A stretch of 64,000 nucleotides of DNA from an uncultured Bacteroides sp. (GTDB lineage: Bacteria; Bacteroidota; Bacteroidia; Bacteroidales; JACABE01), in the NCBI GenBank assembly GCA_964422385.1, contig CAYRBL010000001.1:99049-163048 (forward strand). Reading direction: 5' to 3'. The notes below the pieces were generated by a model. The model was not told where the DNA came from. It ran no database searches and worked only from the letters and a program-made list of their open reading frames with translations. Each line of letters begins with the position of its first letter. Position 1 is the first letter of the stretch. Of the stretch, positions 10,467 to 21,620 are shown in pieces. A program made the translations under genes and the position numbers.

Positions 10467-11320
10467 TAAAGTTTGTATCCTTTAGAGTTTGCTACTAATT
10501 CAATTTCTTCCATTCTTCTTTCCCATGCTGCAATGTGCTCCTTAACTGCTTCTTCAAGATTAAACAGTATTCTGTTTCTTAAAGTTTCTAGTTGTGAAGA
10601 TGTCAAGTCCATATATTTTTTATTTGACTTGATATTCAACATTGCTCTCATTTGAGTATAATTTAAACCTTTAGAATTGATATATAATTTCTCAATTTCT
10701 TTTATGTTTAATCTCTCTCTAATGACTTCCAATCTGTCTCTAACTTCTCCATTTTCATCAGTCTCAATCAATTCTTTAGATTCAGTTGGGGTGAGCCAAA
10801 TACCCTGTTTAAGGATAAAGGTTCTTGTTATGTGTTTTTTATTAAATGCACCTAATCTATCTAAGCATCCATCTATCAATAAAGATAAAGGAATTTTTAC
10901 AAATTCATTTGGTACACTTGAAAACATATCGCCTACTGTAGGCTTATAGTTTTTAAATACTTCTTTGTTGTTTTTTAGGAACTCATTTATCATTCCTAGC
11001 AGAGTGAATCTACTTAAACTATTATTTTGATCTACAAATCTCAAAAATAGCTCAGCGCCAACTCTGTCTTTTTGATCTGCTATTGTTTCTAGTACTACAT
11101 ATCTACCAGGATTTAATACATCCTTATTAAATAACATAGTCTTGCAATGGTCATAGCATTCGTTTAACTCAAACTCAGACATAGCGGTTAGCTTTTTCTC
11201 AGTTTGTTTATACTTACCTGTGGCATCTAAAACTTTATTTCCTTTCCAAATAAAACTATTTAAATCCACTCCTTTTTTATCCATTGCTTCTTTTAATTTT
11301 TCTTCCATTAACGTGCTCAT
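10466..11320 (-). CDS. hypothetical protein
   Basis: 284-aa ORF immediately downstream of polymerase, coupled start/stop. Confidence 0.5.
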   Translation of the reverse strand: MSTLMEEKLKEAMDKKGVDLNSFIWKGNKVLDATGKYKQTEKKLTAMSEFELNECYDHCKTMLFNKDVLNPGRYVVLETIADQKDRVGAELFLRFVDQNNSLSRFTLLGMINEFLKNNKEVFKNYKPTVGDMFSSVPNEFVKIPLSLLIDGCLDRLGAFNKKHITRTFILKQGIWLTPTESKELIETDENGEVRDRLEVIRERLNIKEIEKLYINSKGLNYTQMRAMLNIKSNKKYMDLTSSQLETLRNRILFNLEEAVKEHIAAWERRMEEIELVANSKGYKL

Positions 11321-11808
11321 ATCTTTTATAATATTATTTCTTTACCTACAACTACATCTGATTTTAATACAAAATTAATGAAATAAACATTAGAATATTT
11401 ATATACTATCTTTTGTCCATCCGGAGTGATATATTCATCTCCAGCATTGACTCTTTGATAATGTAGAAATCCTTTGTCTCCAACATTCATTTCAGGAACT
11501 TGCCAGTTAGGTAATCTAGTACACATTATGTATTCGGAATCTATCACAGATTTAAATACATAATTTGTATAGACACCTTGCCTAATTGCTAATAATTGTA
11601 CTTCTTTTATTGAGTCTACCATTCATCATATTCAATTAAATCAGAATCATCTTCATCTTCTACCTCAGTAAGGTAATCATCATCTAATAAATCTTCTTTA
11701 ATAATATAACTGGGGTTCTCAGCTTTAAATAAAGCTAATTTCTCAACAGAATCAAAGTCAAGTACATCGAGCATTTCACCATCTTGATCAAATACTAAAT
11801 AACTCATA

Positions 11809-12315
11809 CTAATCTCCTAATAAATCAAGTACTTTTTCAGCTCTAAGATAAATATCTGATTCTTCTTCCATGATGGTTCTAGCCATCCTTGAAGTATTTT
11901 CTTCTTCTATCTGTTCCTTTATTAATTTTTCATATAACCAAGAACTGGTCATATAATCGCTTTCTGCTTGTGCTTTTTGATAAATAGCATAAAGCATTTG
12001 TGTAGTTAAGATTTCTCTATCAATCGTTTGTTTAAACGGTGTGATATAGTCATCAAACTTCTCAGTATTTTCTTCTACTGCAGGGTATGTAAATTTAAAA
12101 TCGCCATCGGATAAATAATCCATAATCCACTGGTGGTGGTTATTTTCTTCGGCTGCACGTTTACGATAATATTCTTCAAGATCAGTCACTCCTTCTACAC
12201 TAAAATAATTAGCATAACTTAAATATAAGTTTCTATTTTTTAGTTCATGGGCCACCTGTTTCACCAACATTTCCCCCACTTCAGGACTAATCAAGCACAA
12301 TTTTCTATTTGTCAT
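11809..12315 (-). CDS. ferritin-like protein (non-haem ferritin family)
   Basis: NLYLSYANYF, EENNHHQWIMDYL (EExxH ferroxidase site), SSWLYEKLIKEQIEEE, collinear with bacterial Ftn motifs. Confidence 0.8.
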   Translation of the reverse strand: MTNRKLCLISPEVGEMLVKQVAHELKNRNLYLSYANYFSVEGVTDLEEYYRKRAAEENNHHQWIMDYLSDGDFKFTYPAVEENTEKFDDYITPFKQTIDREILTTQMLYAIYQKAQAESDYMTSSWLYEKLIKEQIEEENTSRMARTIMEEESDIYLRAEKVLDLLGD

Positions 12316-12566
12316 TACCTTCGATTTTTACATTTGTAATTTTCTTTATCTTTTCAGGTTTAACATATCTAGTAAATTCATTATCTATTAACCATTGCTC
12401 AGGAGCTGCGTACAGCTCCGAGCATATTTGGATATTTTTTGTTTTAAAGAAAGAACTTACAACTCCTTCTATATATTTTGAAGATGAGAAATATTTCTTA
12501 TTACAAAGAGAAAAATAATTCTTATGATATAAGTATACAGATGTCTCATAAATAAACCTGTTACTC

Positions 12567-13040
12567 TCATCTACCAACACGGTCTCGCCATGTTTCGTGT
12601 ATATAATGTATTCTGCTTCCAGCGTCTTTTTTATCATCTTCTATATACCTATTAATTAAATTCTCAATCCTACTATTTTGTCTTATATTGTAGGATTCAT
12701 TCCATTGATAACCGTTACGAAACGTATCAAGTTTCTTTTCAGATATTTGATAATGCCTAAGATAGTTGTAGTGCTTTCTTGCATCTGTAACTATATTGAG
12801 ACCATCAACATATCCTATTCCTGTTATATACACCATTACGTGTGCTACAGGCTGAAAATGCTCATAACTGATGTCAATTGGAACATGATTTCCAAAAACA
12901 ATTTTATGTCTAACACCTAACGCATTAAGTCTTTTACTTAAATAATACGCAAAATGAATACAACCTCCTTGATTAACACAATCAATTTGTATATTAATTT
13001 GTTTTTGTAAACTTGATATTTGCTTCCTCAACTTCTTCAT
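12567..13040 (-). CDS. hypothetical protein (Cys/His-containing, possible peptidase-like)
   Basis: 157-aa ORF; overlaps ORF 12305-12637 by 71 nt in another frame. Confidence 0.45.
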   Translation of the reverse strand: MKKLRKQISSLQKQINIQIDCVNQGGCIHFAYYLSKRLNALGVRHKIVFGNHVPIDISYEHFQPVAHVMVYITGIGYVDGLNIVTDARKHYNYLRHYQISEKKLDTFRNGYQWNESYNIRQNSRIENLINRYIEDDKKDAGSRIHYIHETWRDRVGR

Positions 13041-13041
13041 A

Positions 13042-13608
13042 TTATAGAATTTTTGTTATAATTCCATATTCTAAAGCTTGTTGTGCATTCATCCAGAAAT
13101 CTCTTTCACAATCCATTTCAACTTGTTCATAAGATTGACCAGTTTTCTCTGCAATGATATCATATGACAGCTTTTCTAAATCTTCAGTTTCTCTCAAGTC
13201 GATTTTCATATCAGTCAATTGACCGCCTGTACCACTTGAAATTTGATGAATCATAAACCTTGCACGTTTTGTAGCACAACGTTCTTTACCCATTAACATC
13301 AATGGTACACCCATTGAGCAACATTTACCCATAGCTACTGTTCTGATCGGTGCGGTTAATTTTTCCGCAATATCATAAATAGCCAATCCTGCAGTAACAT
13401 TTCCACCTGGAGTATTTATATAGATATTAATTGGTTTTTCCTGATCCAAAGAATCTAAATAGAGCATCTGTGCAATAACTCCATTTGCCAAATCATCATC
13501 AATCACATCATCAATAAAAATAATCCTTTCTTGTACCAATTTTGAAAATACATCCATTATTGCTACATTCCTTTGTCTTTCCTCAACAATCGTTCTAATC
13601 TGCCCCAT
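13042..13608 (-). CDS. clpP: ATP-dependent Clp protease proteolytic subunit ClpP
   Basis: YINTPGGNVTAGLAIYD, catalytic Ser in GKCCSMG, His in FMIHQ. Confidence 0.85.
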   Translation of the reverse strand: MGQIRTIVEERQRNVAIMDVFSKLVQERIIFIDDVIDDDLANGVIAQMLYLDSLDQEKPINIYINTPGGNVTAGLAIYDIAEKLTAPIRTVAMGKCCSMGVPLMLMGKERCATKRARFMIHQISSGTGGQLTDMKIDLRETEDLEKLSYDIIAEKTGQSYEQVEMDCERDFWMNAQQALEYGIITKIL

Positions 13609-13610
13609 AT

Positions 13611-14009
13611 TTAATCATTTACTTGGCTAGCTTGTACAGCTAACATATCACATAATTCATTATACTTATCTCCGTTATGCCCTTTGACATGAACCCAATT
13701 AACTGAAACTTTTTCAGTAACTTCGTCCATGTCAATCCACAAATCCACATTTTTCTTTCTTTTCCAACTCTGTGTCATAGTACCAATAACATACATGGAG
13801 TCAGAGTAGATAGTTATTTCATCATAACCTTCTCCTACTGCCCATTTACAAGCTTCAATTGCGGCTTGTATTTCCATGCGATTATTGGTGGTATCTTTTA
13901 CAGGGAAAAACGATGAATGTATTTTAACATCGTCTTTTAAAGCGACGAATGCCCAACCACCTTGCATACGCGAGGGTGAATAAGCTCCATCAGTATAAAT
14001 TTTAATCAT
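13611..14009 (-). CDS. rnhA: ribonuclease HI
   Basis: IYTDGA, NNRMEIQAAIEA, IYSDSMYV, WVHVKGHNG motifs. Confidence 0.85.
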   Translation of the reverse strand: MIKIYTDGAYSPSRMQGGWAFVALKDDVKIHSSFFPVKDTTNNRMEIQAAIEACKWAVGEGYDEITIYSDSMYVIGTMTQSWKRKKNVDLWIDMDEVTEKVSVNWVHVKGHNGDKYNELCDMLAVQASQVND

Positions 14010-14668
14010 TAGCTAATATGCTTTTTGATTGTTCTTTTTTCCATCATCTGCACAATTTCATCAATTGAATAAGGTCTAAATTCTTTCCAATCTATTCCTA
14101 CATCCATTCTACGATGTTTTGTGTTCGTTTCACAACTGTCTATTTGATGGTGACAGTGCCCATGTAACATAATACTACCATGACTCATATCTTCCCATTG
14201 GTCGAGAGGATAATGACTTAATACAAATAACTGTTTGTTATAAGTTATTGTAGTTAATTCTGGTAACATACGAAATAAATCTTGTGCCCCAACAACAGAA
14301 CTATTAGGATATACTATCTTTGGAATTTTATCCTCAATTGTATCATATTCATCGACATAATAACAATTAGGTAACTCCTTGTTCTTTTTTATATGTTGGT
14401 CATGGTTTCCTGGAATAAAGTAAATATTCTTACAAATCAATTGTTTCCAAAAGTTGTAAATATTTTCTAATCCAGAAAATGCAAAATCACCTAAGAAATA
14501 AATCGTATCATCTTGTTTAACATATTTGTTAATAGATTCTACAAGAGCACGACTCATTTCCGCAGTTGTATTAAAATGACGGGTTGTTCTTTCCTTATCC
14601 GGCCATACTGATTCTCCATAAGTCATATTCTTATGCCAGTAATGCCAGTCACTACTAAACCATATCAT
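14009..14668 (-). CDS. calcineurin-like metallophosphoesterase
   Basis: SDWHY, GDFAF, GNHD, HGHCH motifs. Confidence 0.7.
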   Translation of the reverse strand: MIWFSSDWHYWHKNMTYGESVWPDKERTTRHFNTTAEMSRALVESINKYVKQDDTIYFLGDFAFSGLENIYNFWKQLICKNIYFIPGNHDQHIKKNKELPNCYYVDEYDTIEDKIPKIVYPNSSVVGAQDLFRMLPELTTITYNKQLFVLSHYPLDQWEDMSHGSIMLHGHCHHQIDSCETNTKHRRMDVGIDWKEFRPYSIDEIVQMMEKRTIKKHIS

Positions 14669-15442
14669 TCTCTAGTTGTTTTAATTAATTTCTTACATCT
14701 TTTACAATGCTCTGTAGTTACTGTTTCTCCAGTTAATACATCCTCATATTTATGCCATATAGATTCTAGATGAGTACAATTCTTTTGAAATTGCAGTCGT
14801 CTCATAATCACTTGAGTTTCATATTGTCTATGAAGTTCACAAGCTTTTTTATAACAAATTTCCATTTGTTGCATTTCTTGCAATTCTTTATCTTCTTCAA
14901 TCACGCTCATTGTAGTATTTAATAAATTCAACAACGCATTTATAGACAGCTCCAATTACAGTTTCAATGGAGTCAGAATAATGATCTATATCAAATCCTT
15001 CACCATCATACTTCTTAGTAAACAAATCTTTTTCTATGATATTACAATAATTTGCATAAATTACGCAAACATATCCAAGTTTTTGAATTTTTGCAACAAC
15101 AGGCATTAACCAATCCCATTCTTTATGAAATCTAAGTTGTTCGACAGTATTAAATGCTTCGTTTATGTTTCCAAATTTAGTTACATATGCATCTCTATCT
15201 GGCCATTTCTGACAACCCATAAATTCAGCAATTAATTTATTACATTCTAAAATTTCCTCTTTTGTCATATCATAAAACGTTTTAGTTCATTTTTATCCAA
15301 AGTTTTACCACAATCATAACATCTACAATCCTGTTTGTATTCTCCATCAAGAGTCATAACTGAGACAAAATGAATATTTCCATGAAAACATTGGTCTTGA
15401 GCAATCACTAAAGATGCTCCAATCACATAATCAAATGGGACC

Positions 15443-16180
15443 TTAAGACTCTGCACTAGGTTCGCTATCGGTATCATGATCTAATTCAATATAAAAAGGT
15501 GGATAATGTGGCTGATAAAATTCATCCAAATGGCTGACATTTACAGCTTTCCATCCCTCATTAAAGTTATGGTCTCCACCATGTATATGACCGCATACTA
15601 ATAGTTTATAGTCTACATGTTCGATTCTTGCTCTTAGAGGCTGATTTCCTAAATGTTGAAACATTCTTTGTGCACGGTGTTGTGGTGCTTCTAATATTAC
15701 ATCTACATCACCACACGCATAAGGTGGGTCATGTGAGATAATAATATCTACTTTATCTGGAATTTCTTTAAATTTTTCAGTCATATAATCATCAGATCTC
15801 ATAAAAGGCCAATTACCAAATATATGACAATAAGGTGTACCAAAGATACTCCACAATTGTGCATTATTATCATAATAATGAGTTACTTGATTTTTTAAAT
15901 AAGTTAACTTTCTACATGCTTGATGTAAAGCTAAAATATTAGATTGACTTACTGATTCAAAATAAGCATCATGATTTCCAGCAATCATAAATACTCTGTC
16001 TACTGGAAGATTTTTAATCCATTCAGCAAATTCAGATTCTAACCATTTTTTACTATTAGGTTTATTGAATTGATGTTCTAATGGTATAGTATCCCCAGCA
16101 ATTATTGCTATATCAGCAGATTCAGTGATTTCTGGTAAAAAACCATGTAAATCACTAATCGCCATCACTTTTAATTTCAT
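15443..16180 (-). CDS. calcineurin-like metallophosphoesterase (second copy)
   Basis: ISDLHG, AGDT, GNHD, SHDPP, GHIHGGDH motifs. Confidence 0.7.
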   Translation of the reverse strand: MKLKVMAISDLHGFLPEITESADIAIIAGDTIPLEHQFNKPNSKKWLESEFAEWIKNLPVDRVFMIAGNHDAYFESVSQSNILALHQACRKLTYLKNQVTHYYDNNAQLWSIFGTPYCHIFGNWPFMRSDDYMTEKFKEIPDKVDIIISHDPPYACGDVDVILEAPQHRAQRMFQHLGNQPLRARIEHVDYKLLVCGHIHGGDHNFNEGWKAVNVSHLDEFYQPHYPPFYIELDHDTDSEPSAES

Positions 16181-17137
16181 CTTTTTTTATTTTTAAATCA
16201 AGAATAGATTTCTTATCAACTCGATAATAAGACATAATACTAACATCAGTTTCTTCGACTGTTGCAGCTTCCGCAGCATCTTCGATAGCTTGATTATAAG
16301 CATCATCTTGAACTGATTTTAATAGTCCATAAAATGTCATTTCACCAGTAACATACTCATTAACCCATTTATTAATGTTCTTCATTTTCTAAATATTTAG
16401 CAATCTGTTCTTTTGTTGTTTTTAAACTCATAGTACCACAGTAGATTGAATCTGCTGTATCAACTACATAAGCTGCCCAATATCCTAAAATATTTTTATA
16501 AGCAACTACTTTTATTTCTGTATTTGGAAATGATTCTTTTATTTCATTATAAGCATCTTGGACATTAGATCCAGTCATAGGTATATTAAATTCTAAGAAT
16601 AGTACTCCTGGACCGAAATAGAATCCATATCCTTTTTCTTCATTAGTTACCATAATACAATTTTTTAAAATCTCCTAACAGCACTCCTAGAGAATTACCT
16701 CGTGGTCTGTCGCCAATTGGCTCAGGGTTTCTGGTTTGAGATTATGTTACTATAAACCCTTGTTCACATAGAATTAATCAAATTTAATTAATTCTTTTTT
16801 AAGTTCATAAATAGGATCATAGATAGAATTAATTAAAACTTCAAAGTCTTTTTTAGTTTTTATATATGATTTTACATCTTTTAGTAAAGGTAAATAAGGT
16901 TCTCCTCCTGAATATTTCTTATCTTTTCTATATTTAACTACAGCAAATAAAGCATTTTCTAATTTAAGAAAGTAACCTCCTACTTTATATTTATCTGTTG
17001 CATCTTCCTTTAATTCTTTCTTATTTTTTAAAAGATTTAAAGTAAAACATCCATGTTCAAAAATAATGTTAAAATCCTTTTCTATAATCATAGTTTAAAA
17101 AAAAATAAGGGGAAAGGAATGATCCTTTCCCCATAGA

Positions 17138-18544
17138 TTAGTCAATTTCCAAACGTTCTTTCACCTGACTGATGAAAGGAACAAGCATTTCTGTGATATC
17201 TGCTACTACAGCAGTTTTCAGAGAAGCGGCAAGTTTAATTTCGTTTGTTTCAGACATATCTTTTTTACGAGATAAGTCTACTTGACGGAGATAAGACCGG
17301 ACACTGTTTTCAATATATTCGGCTTTTACAACATTGTCGTCTGACAATATCATATTCGATTTTACTGATTCAGTGATTTCTGCCATAAAGGCAGGTGCGA
17401 TGTTGCTTTTTTCAATTAAGTCCAAAACTTCATCCATACCTGTGTAATCGACTACATAATTACCTTTCGAGAATGTGAAGTCAATAAATTTACGAGCAGT
17501 TTTCTTATCTAAAAATGTTAAAGAAATAATCGAGCCAATACGTTTTCCACGAAGAAAAGTAGGTTCAATTAATTCGATGTGGTTAGTGGTGAACAATGAA
17601 ATTACATTCATTTGTTTGGAATCACCACCATCCAAGGTATTCAGGATGTCCTGCATAGCAGTATCACGATTACCTCTAGTAACTTGATCTATATCTTCAA
17701 CGAAGATAACAACTCCGTTACCGTTTTTGTCAATAACTTTTGCAAGTCTTAACGTTTGCGCAAGCAATGATGGGTCTTTCAGATACACGAAAACCCAGTT
17801 ATTTTCAATTGCATTGAGTGCAAGGTGAAAAGCTAACAGAGTTTTACCTGTTCCATAAGGACCTTCCATTAAACATCCATATTTTAATGAAATGCCTTTC
17901 TCAAGACAACGTTTAGGTTGTGTAATACGGGCACGCAACGGTTTCAAATCATACTCAGTACGATCTGATAATACCATGAATTCCTTGTGAATATTGGACA
18001 AATCCAAAATCTTAGGTTCATAAGTATTGCTTAATTCAATTGCTTGGTTTTTATAAATTGAGCCAATTGTTAACAGTTCTTTCGCTCTGTCTACAATTTC
18101 ATCAATCATCGAGGAAAAACGGAACTCACAAGACCCAGTAATCATTAACAAGTTTTTCTTGTTGTCATATTGGATTTTGATACAAGCCCCAGGACCAGCA
18201 TCAGGAAGCGCGATTGTTCCATAAGGAGCTTTCATACGCGTACCATCAGCTAATTGCACATCCACAGTTTCAATAGTGCCATCTCCAGATATGCTATTAT
18301 CAGCTTTACCTTGAGAAACACCATAAATTTCTTCAATTGCTCTATTCAATTGATAAACTCCATCGTTTTTAAAACAAAGAATTTGATAATTGAAGTTGGT
18401 CATTTGAGTCGAAGCTTTAATTTCGCCCTCTAAATAAGCCAGGATATTTTTGTAAGATTTCTTACTTTGTCCTAACTCAACAAGTTTACGCTTCTGAGCT
18501 TCCTCATACTTGTTCACCCTTTGTTTTAATAATTCTCCTGCCAT
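17138..18544 (-). CDS. AAA+ ATPase (classical AAA clade module with large N-terminal domain)
   Basis: Walker A GPYGTGKT, Walker B VIFVEDIDQ, sensor-1 TTN, arginine finger region. Confidence 0.8.
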   Translation of the reverse strand: MAGELLKQRVNKYEEAQKRKLVELGQSKKSYKNILAYLEGEIKASTQMTNFNYQILCFKNDGVYQLNRAIEEIYGVSQGKADNSISGDGTIETVDVQLADGTRMKAPYGTIALPDAGPGACIKIQYDNKKNLLMITGSCEFRFSSMIDEIVDRAKELLTIGSIYKNQAIELSNTYEPKILDLSNIHKEFMVLSDRTEYDLKPLRARITQPKRCLEKGISLKYGCLMEGPYGTGKTLLAFHLALNAIENNWVFVYLKDPSLLAQTLRLAKVIDKNGNGVVIFVEDIDQVTRGNRDTAMQDILNTLDGGDSKQMNVISLFTTNHIELIEPTFLRGKRIGSIISLTFLDKKTARKFIDFTFSKGNYVVDYTGMDEVLDLIEKSNIAPAFMAEITESVKSNMILSDDNVVKAEYIENSVRSYLRQVDLSRKKDMSETNEIKLAASLKTAVVADITEMLVPFISQVKERLEID

Positions 18545-18774
18545 TGTTTCTTATCTTTTTGATATTTTTATTTATTTCTTTTACGTTTTCAATATTTGTT
18601 GTTAAGCAAGCAAGTTGTACAATTCCTTCACTAACAGTCATGGTTAAATCTTTCTTTAATTCCATTCTGTCTATGGGAGAATCTAACAACGCAGCTTTCA
18701 TAACTTTATAAGGCATAGTTGTGTTTTTACAAAATAATATATCCTTTTCAGGAATATATATCACATCATACCCT

Positions 18775-19182
18775 TCAATCTTCCCCACTATTTCCTCTTT
18801 CATAATTCTTAACTTTTTTAATCATAGTATTCACAATAAGAATAATTATAGTCAATTCAATCGCTAACTTATAATTATCTATCCCAATTAACATACCCAC
18901 AGCAGATGTACACCATATTGTAGCGGCAGAGGTTAATCCATATACGTTCATGCCAGATTTAAAAATAATTCCTGCTCCTAGGAATCCTATGCCAGTAACA
19001 ACTTGAGCTATTACACGCGTAGGATCCGCATTAGGAAAACTCATAGAGACAATAGAAAATACGCAACAACCTAGTGATATAAGAGCCATAGTCCTTATAC
19101 CTGATTGTTTATTATGTCTCTGTCTCTCTAATCCTATCAAACCACCTAAAAAGGCAGCGAGTAATAACTTAGCTATTTCCAT
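18775..19182 (-). CDS. mgtC: MgtC/SapB family membrane protein
   Basis: LGGLIGLERQ...SGIRTMALISLG motif and four hydrophobic helices typical of MgtC N-terminal domain. Confidence 0.7.
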   Translation of the reverse strand: MEIAKLLLAAFLGGLIGLERQRHNKQSGIRTMALISLGCCVFSIVSMSFPNADPTRVIAQVVTGIGFLGAGIIFKSGMNVYGLTSAATIWCTSAVGMLIGIDNYKLAIELTIIILIVNTMIKKVKNYERGNSGED

Positions 19183-20308
19183 TACTTACTATTAAATAGT
19201 TTACTTACTAGTTTACCATCATAAAGACCCGCATGATGCTCTTTAAAATGTTTCATACATTCACCAATCGAAGTAAAGTTATAATGACTTAAAATATTTT
19301 TAATATCTAACTCATCTAATTGTTGAGGTATAAATAATTCCAGAATTTTGTTTTCTTGGGTTTGATTACATTCAATGTTAGATTCAATCATCTTCTTAAT
19401 GACTTGAATACATTGTCCATCGGTTGGAGTTTTAGTTATTCTGTCCAATTCTCCAATGACAGTTCCTAAAAGAGTTCTAGAATCAGGATTCTGATTCCGA
19501 TACTCCACTATCTTCTCTTTTATCATCTTCCTCTTCTTTTATGTAAATAGAGTTTAATGATCGTTCTACTGACTGCAGCGTTACAAGGGCATCATACAAT
19601 TCTTTGTTTTGCACTTTTGTATACAACGATTCAATATCAATCACTAAATCTTTACATTTAGTTAATAAATTTTCTTTAGAAGTAAGATATTCATCCCTTG
19701 GAATAACATATCTTACTTCTTTTATTCTTTCTTTACTAGCCCCAAACGTTCCCCACGCTATATTGTCCATCTTTTCCTTCTTGTTTTAAAAGTTCATCCG
19801 CATATTGATATGCTAAATTAGCAGCTAATTCAGGTGTTACTCCTGATAAATTTTCCAATCCAGAACCTTGCCAATAAAATCCGCTATTAGCTAATAATCC
19901 TTGCATAACTGCACATGCGGCATAAAAACGTTTGTTCATTCCTTGCTCATAGCATTCTCCAGCAGCTGCTGCGAAAGCAGGAGTGTTATTCAATTCCTGT
20001 CCCATCTTCTTCTTTTACTTTTTCTACGTGTGTAATTAATTTGGATACCTTTTCAACAACTTCTTTATATTTGGCAATATATTGAGCTACTGTCATAGCA
20101 CCACTAAATTCTTTTTGTTTAGCCATTTCTAGTCCTACAATTTGTTTCATGCAGGTCTCAAATGGTAGTCCGTAAGCTATAAGCTTCATATCCTTCCTTT
20201 CAGTTTCTTTGCCCGCATTAACTGTAGTTAAGACACTGAAATTAAAAAATGGTCCAGTCTTTGAGGACTGAACCATTTCAAATTCTTCAGTTTTAATTAC
20301 TATCATAA

Positions 20309-20779
20309 TTAAAATGGAAGATCATCTTCCGAAGGCTTTACTTTAACTGCGAAATATTTCTGAGCACGAAGTTCCATTTCTTCAAACATATCAATGAGTG
20401 TTTCAGGAACTTTTTCGTAGAAACTTTCACGGTCAACCGGATCAAGTTTCTTTGCAATTTGTGCGCGTTTAAGTGCTAAATCCAGACCTTTTACTTTGTC
20501 GAATTTATCACCTTCATGCCAGCCTTCTTTACGAGACCAACCCGGTTTGGTGTTACACATTGACCAACCAAGGATACCATCACCAATAGCAACGATTACC
20601 CCTTTCTTTTTACCCTTAACGGTTTCTAATACTGCAACTGGTTCAAGACCAGTGCCTTCAGAGTTCAACTTGTGCTGAACTTTGGCGACTAATTTGTCGG
20701 GCTCATAAAGATAAGTTACGAGCGTCTTGTCAAAATCTTTTAATATTAACATAACTATTTTATAAAAAGTGTTCTTCAA
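20309..20779 (-). CDS. hypothetical protein
   Basis: 156-aa ORF directly downstream (minus sense) of hairpin terminator. Confidence 0.5.
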   Translation of the reverse strand: MKNTFYKIVMLILKDFDKTLVTYLYEPDKLVAKVQHKLNSEGTGLEPVAVLETVKGKKKGVIVAIGDGILGWSMCNTKPGWSRKEGWHEGDKFDKVKGLDLALKRAQIAKKLDPVDRESFYEKVPETLIDMFEEMELRAQKYFAVKVKPSEDDLPF

Positions 20780-20806
20780 ATAAAAAGGAGACCCAACTGG
20801 ATCTCC
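20778..20806 (-). terminator. rho-independent terminator-like hairpin at 3' end of tRNA array
   Basis: Minus sense AGGAGAtccagttggGTCTCCT followed by TTTATTT. Confidence 0.5.
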
Positions 20807-20811
20807 TTAGC

Positions 20812-20882
20812 CGAAAGTGGGGGGCTCGAACCCCAACCTTTTCCGTGACAGGGAAATATGCAAACCATTACACCACACCCTC
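20812..20882 (-). tRNA. tRNA-Asp(GTC)-like
   Basis: T-arm TGGGG/TTCGAGC/CCCCC, anticodon arm TTTCC-CTGTCAC-GGAAA; acceptor stem needs G-U pairs, exact ends uncertain. Confidence 0.45.
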
Positions 20883-20952
20883 GTTGTGCAGATTCCTTTT
20901 AACCTGCGAAGCCAACTTAGATAAATCTAAGATTTAAATAGTGTCGTTATTG

Positions 20953-21044
20953 TATCTAAGGTGGGGATCGAACCCACGATGTTCACCACAAAGGGTATAA
21001 GATTTTAAGTCTTATGCGTTTCAGCCAAACTTCGCCACTTAGAC
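20953..21044 (-). tRNA. tRNA-Leu(TAA), type II
   Basis: Acceptor GTCTAAG/CTTAGAT, anticodon loop CTTAAAA, long variable arm, T-arm GTGGG-TTCGATC-CCCAC, discriminator A. Confidence 0.7.
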
Positions 21045-21517
21045 ATCTTCTTTTTTATTACGACCCCTATAATTATCGGTAAAAGCGTGACAATTAGGAC
21101 ATAAAATTTGTAAATTTTCTATTCTTAAATCATCTTTAATTCCATTTATATGATGAAGTTCTAATGCTATTGGTTCTTCTAACCACTTAGAATTATTACA
21201 AATTTCACACTTGTGTTCTTTAACTCCTTCTTTTAATAATCTTTCTCTTAAATGAGTTGAATTAATAAACTTTGAATTTTCTATTAAAATTTCAGTTAAA
21301 GGTTGTGCAGATTTAATAGGTTTATATCTATCACCTTGATTCCAAGCAGCTCCTGTAAAATGAGTAGTATCTAAATCAAATTCTTTTATCTTTCTTTTAA
21401 CTGTATCGTAATTAGATCCTCCTGCATAGAGGCCTAAGTGCGCATAACTTCTGCCATTGATAAACTGGTTTTAACAGCAGCAATAAATTGTTCATCGGTA
21501 TATTTTCTACTTTTCAT
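21039..21517 (-). pseudogene. HNH homing endonuclease, frameshifted (1-nt deletion after codon 27), inserted in tRNA array
   Basis: MKSRKYTDEQFIAAVKTSLSMAEVMRT-stop, then next frame LGLYAGGSNYDTVKRKIKEFDLDTTHF...LELHHINGIKDDLRIENLQILCPNCHAFTDNY; homologous to intact HNH ORFs at 31417 and 32871; stop codon overlaps tRNA-Leu 5' end. Confidence 0.7.
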
Positions 21518-21620
21518 ATATTATATATTAATACACAAAGATATAAAAAATATTTGAGATAAACAATAAAAATCTAAAAAATTTGAAATTTTAGATTAAA
21601 ACATACTTTAATCTGCTGCA

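Noticed and set aside
21045-21620. Group I intron within a tRNA-Leu(UAA) carrying the HNH ORF
   Set aside because: tRNA-Leu(TAA) at 20953-21044 is complete with its own 5' acceptor. The upstream 5' half has a non-matching acceptor, and no P/Q/R/S core elements are evident.
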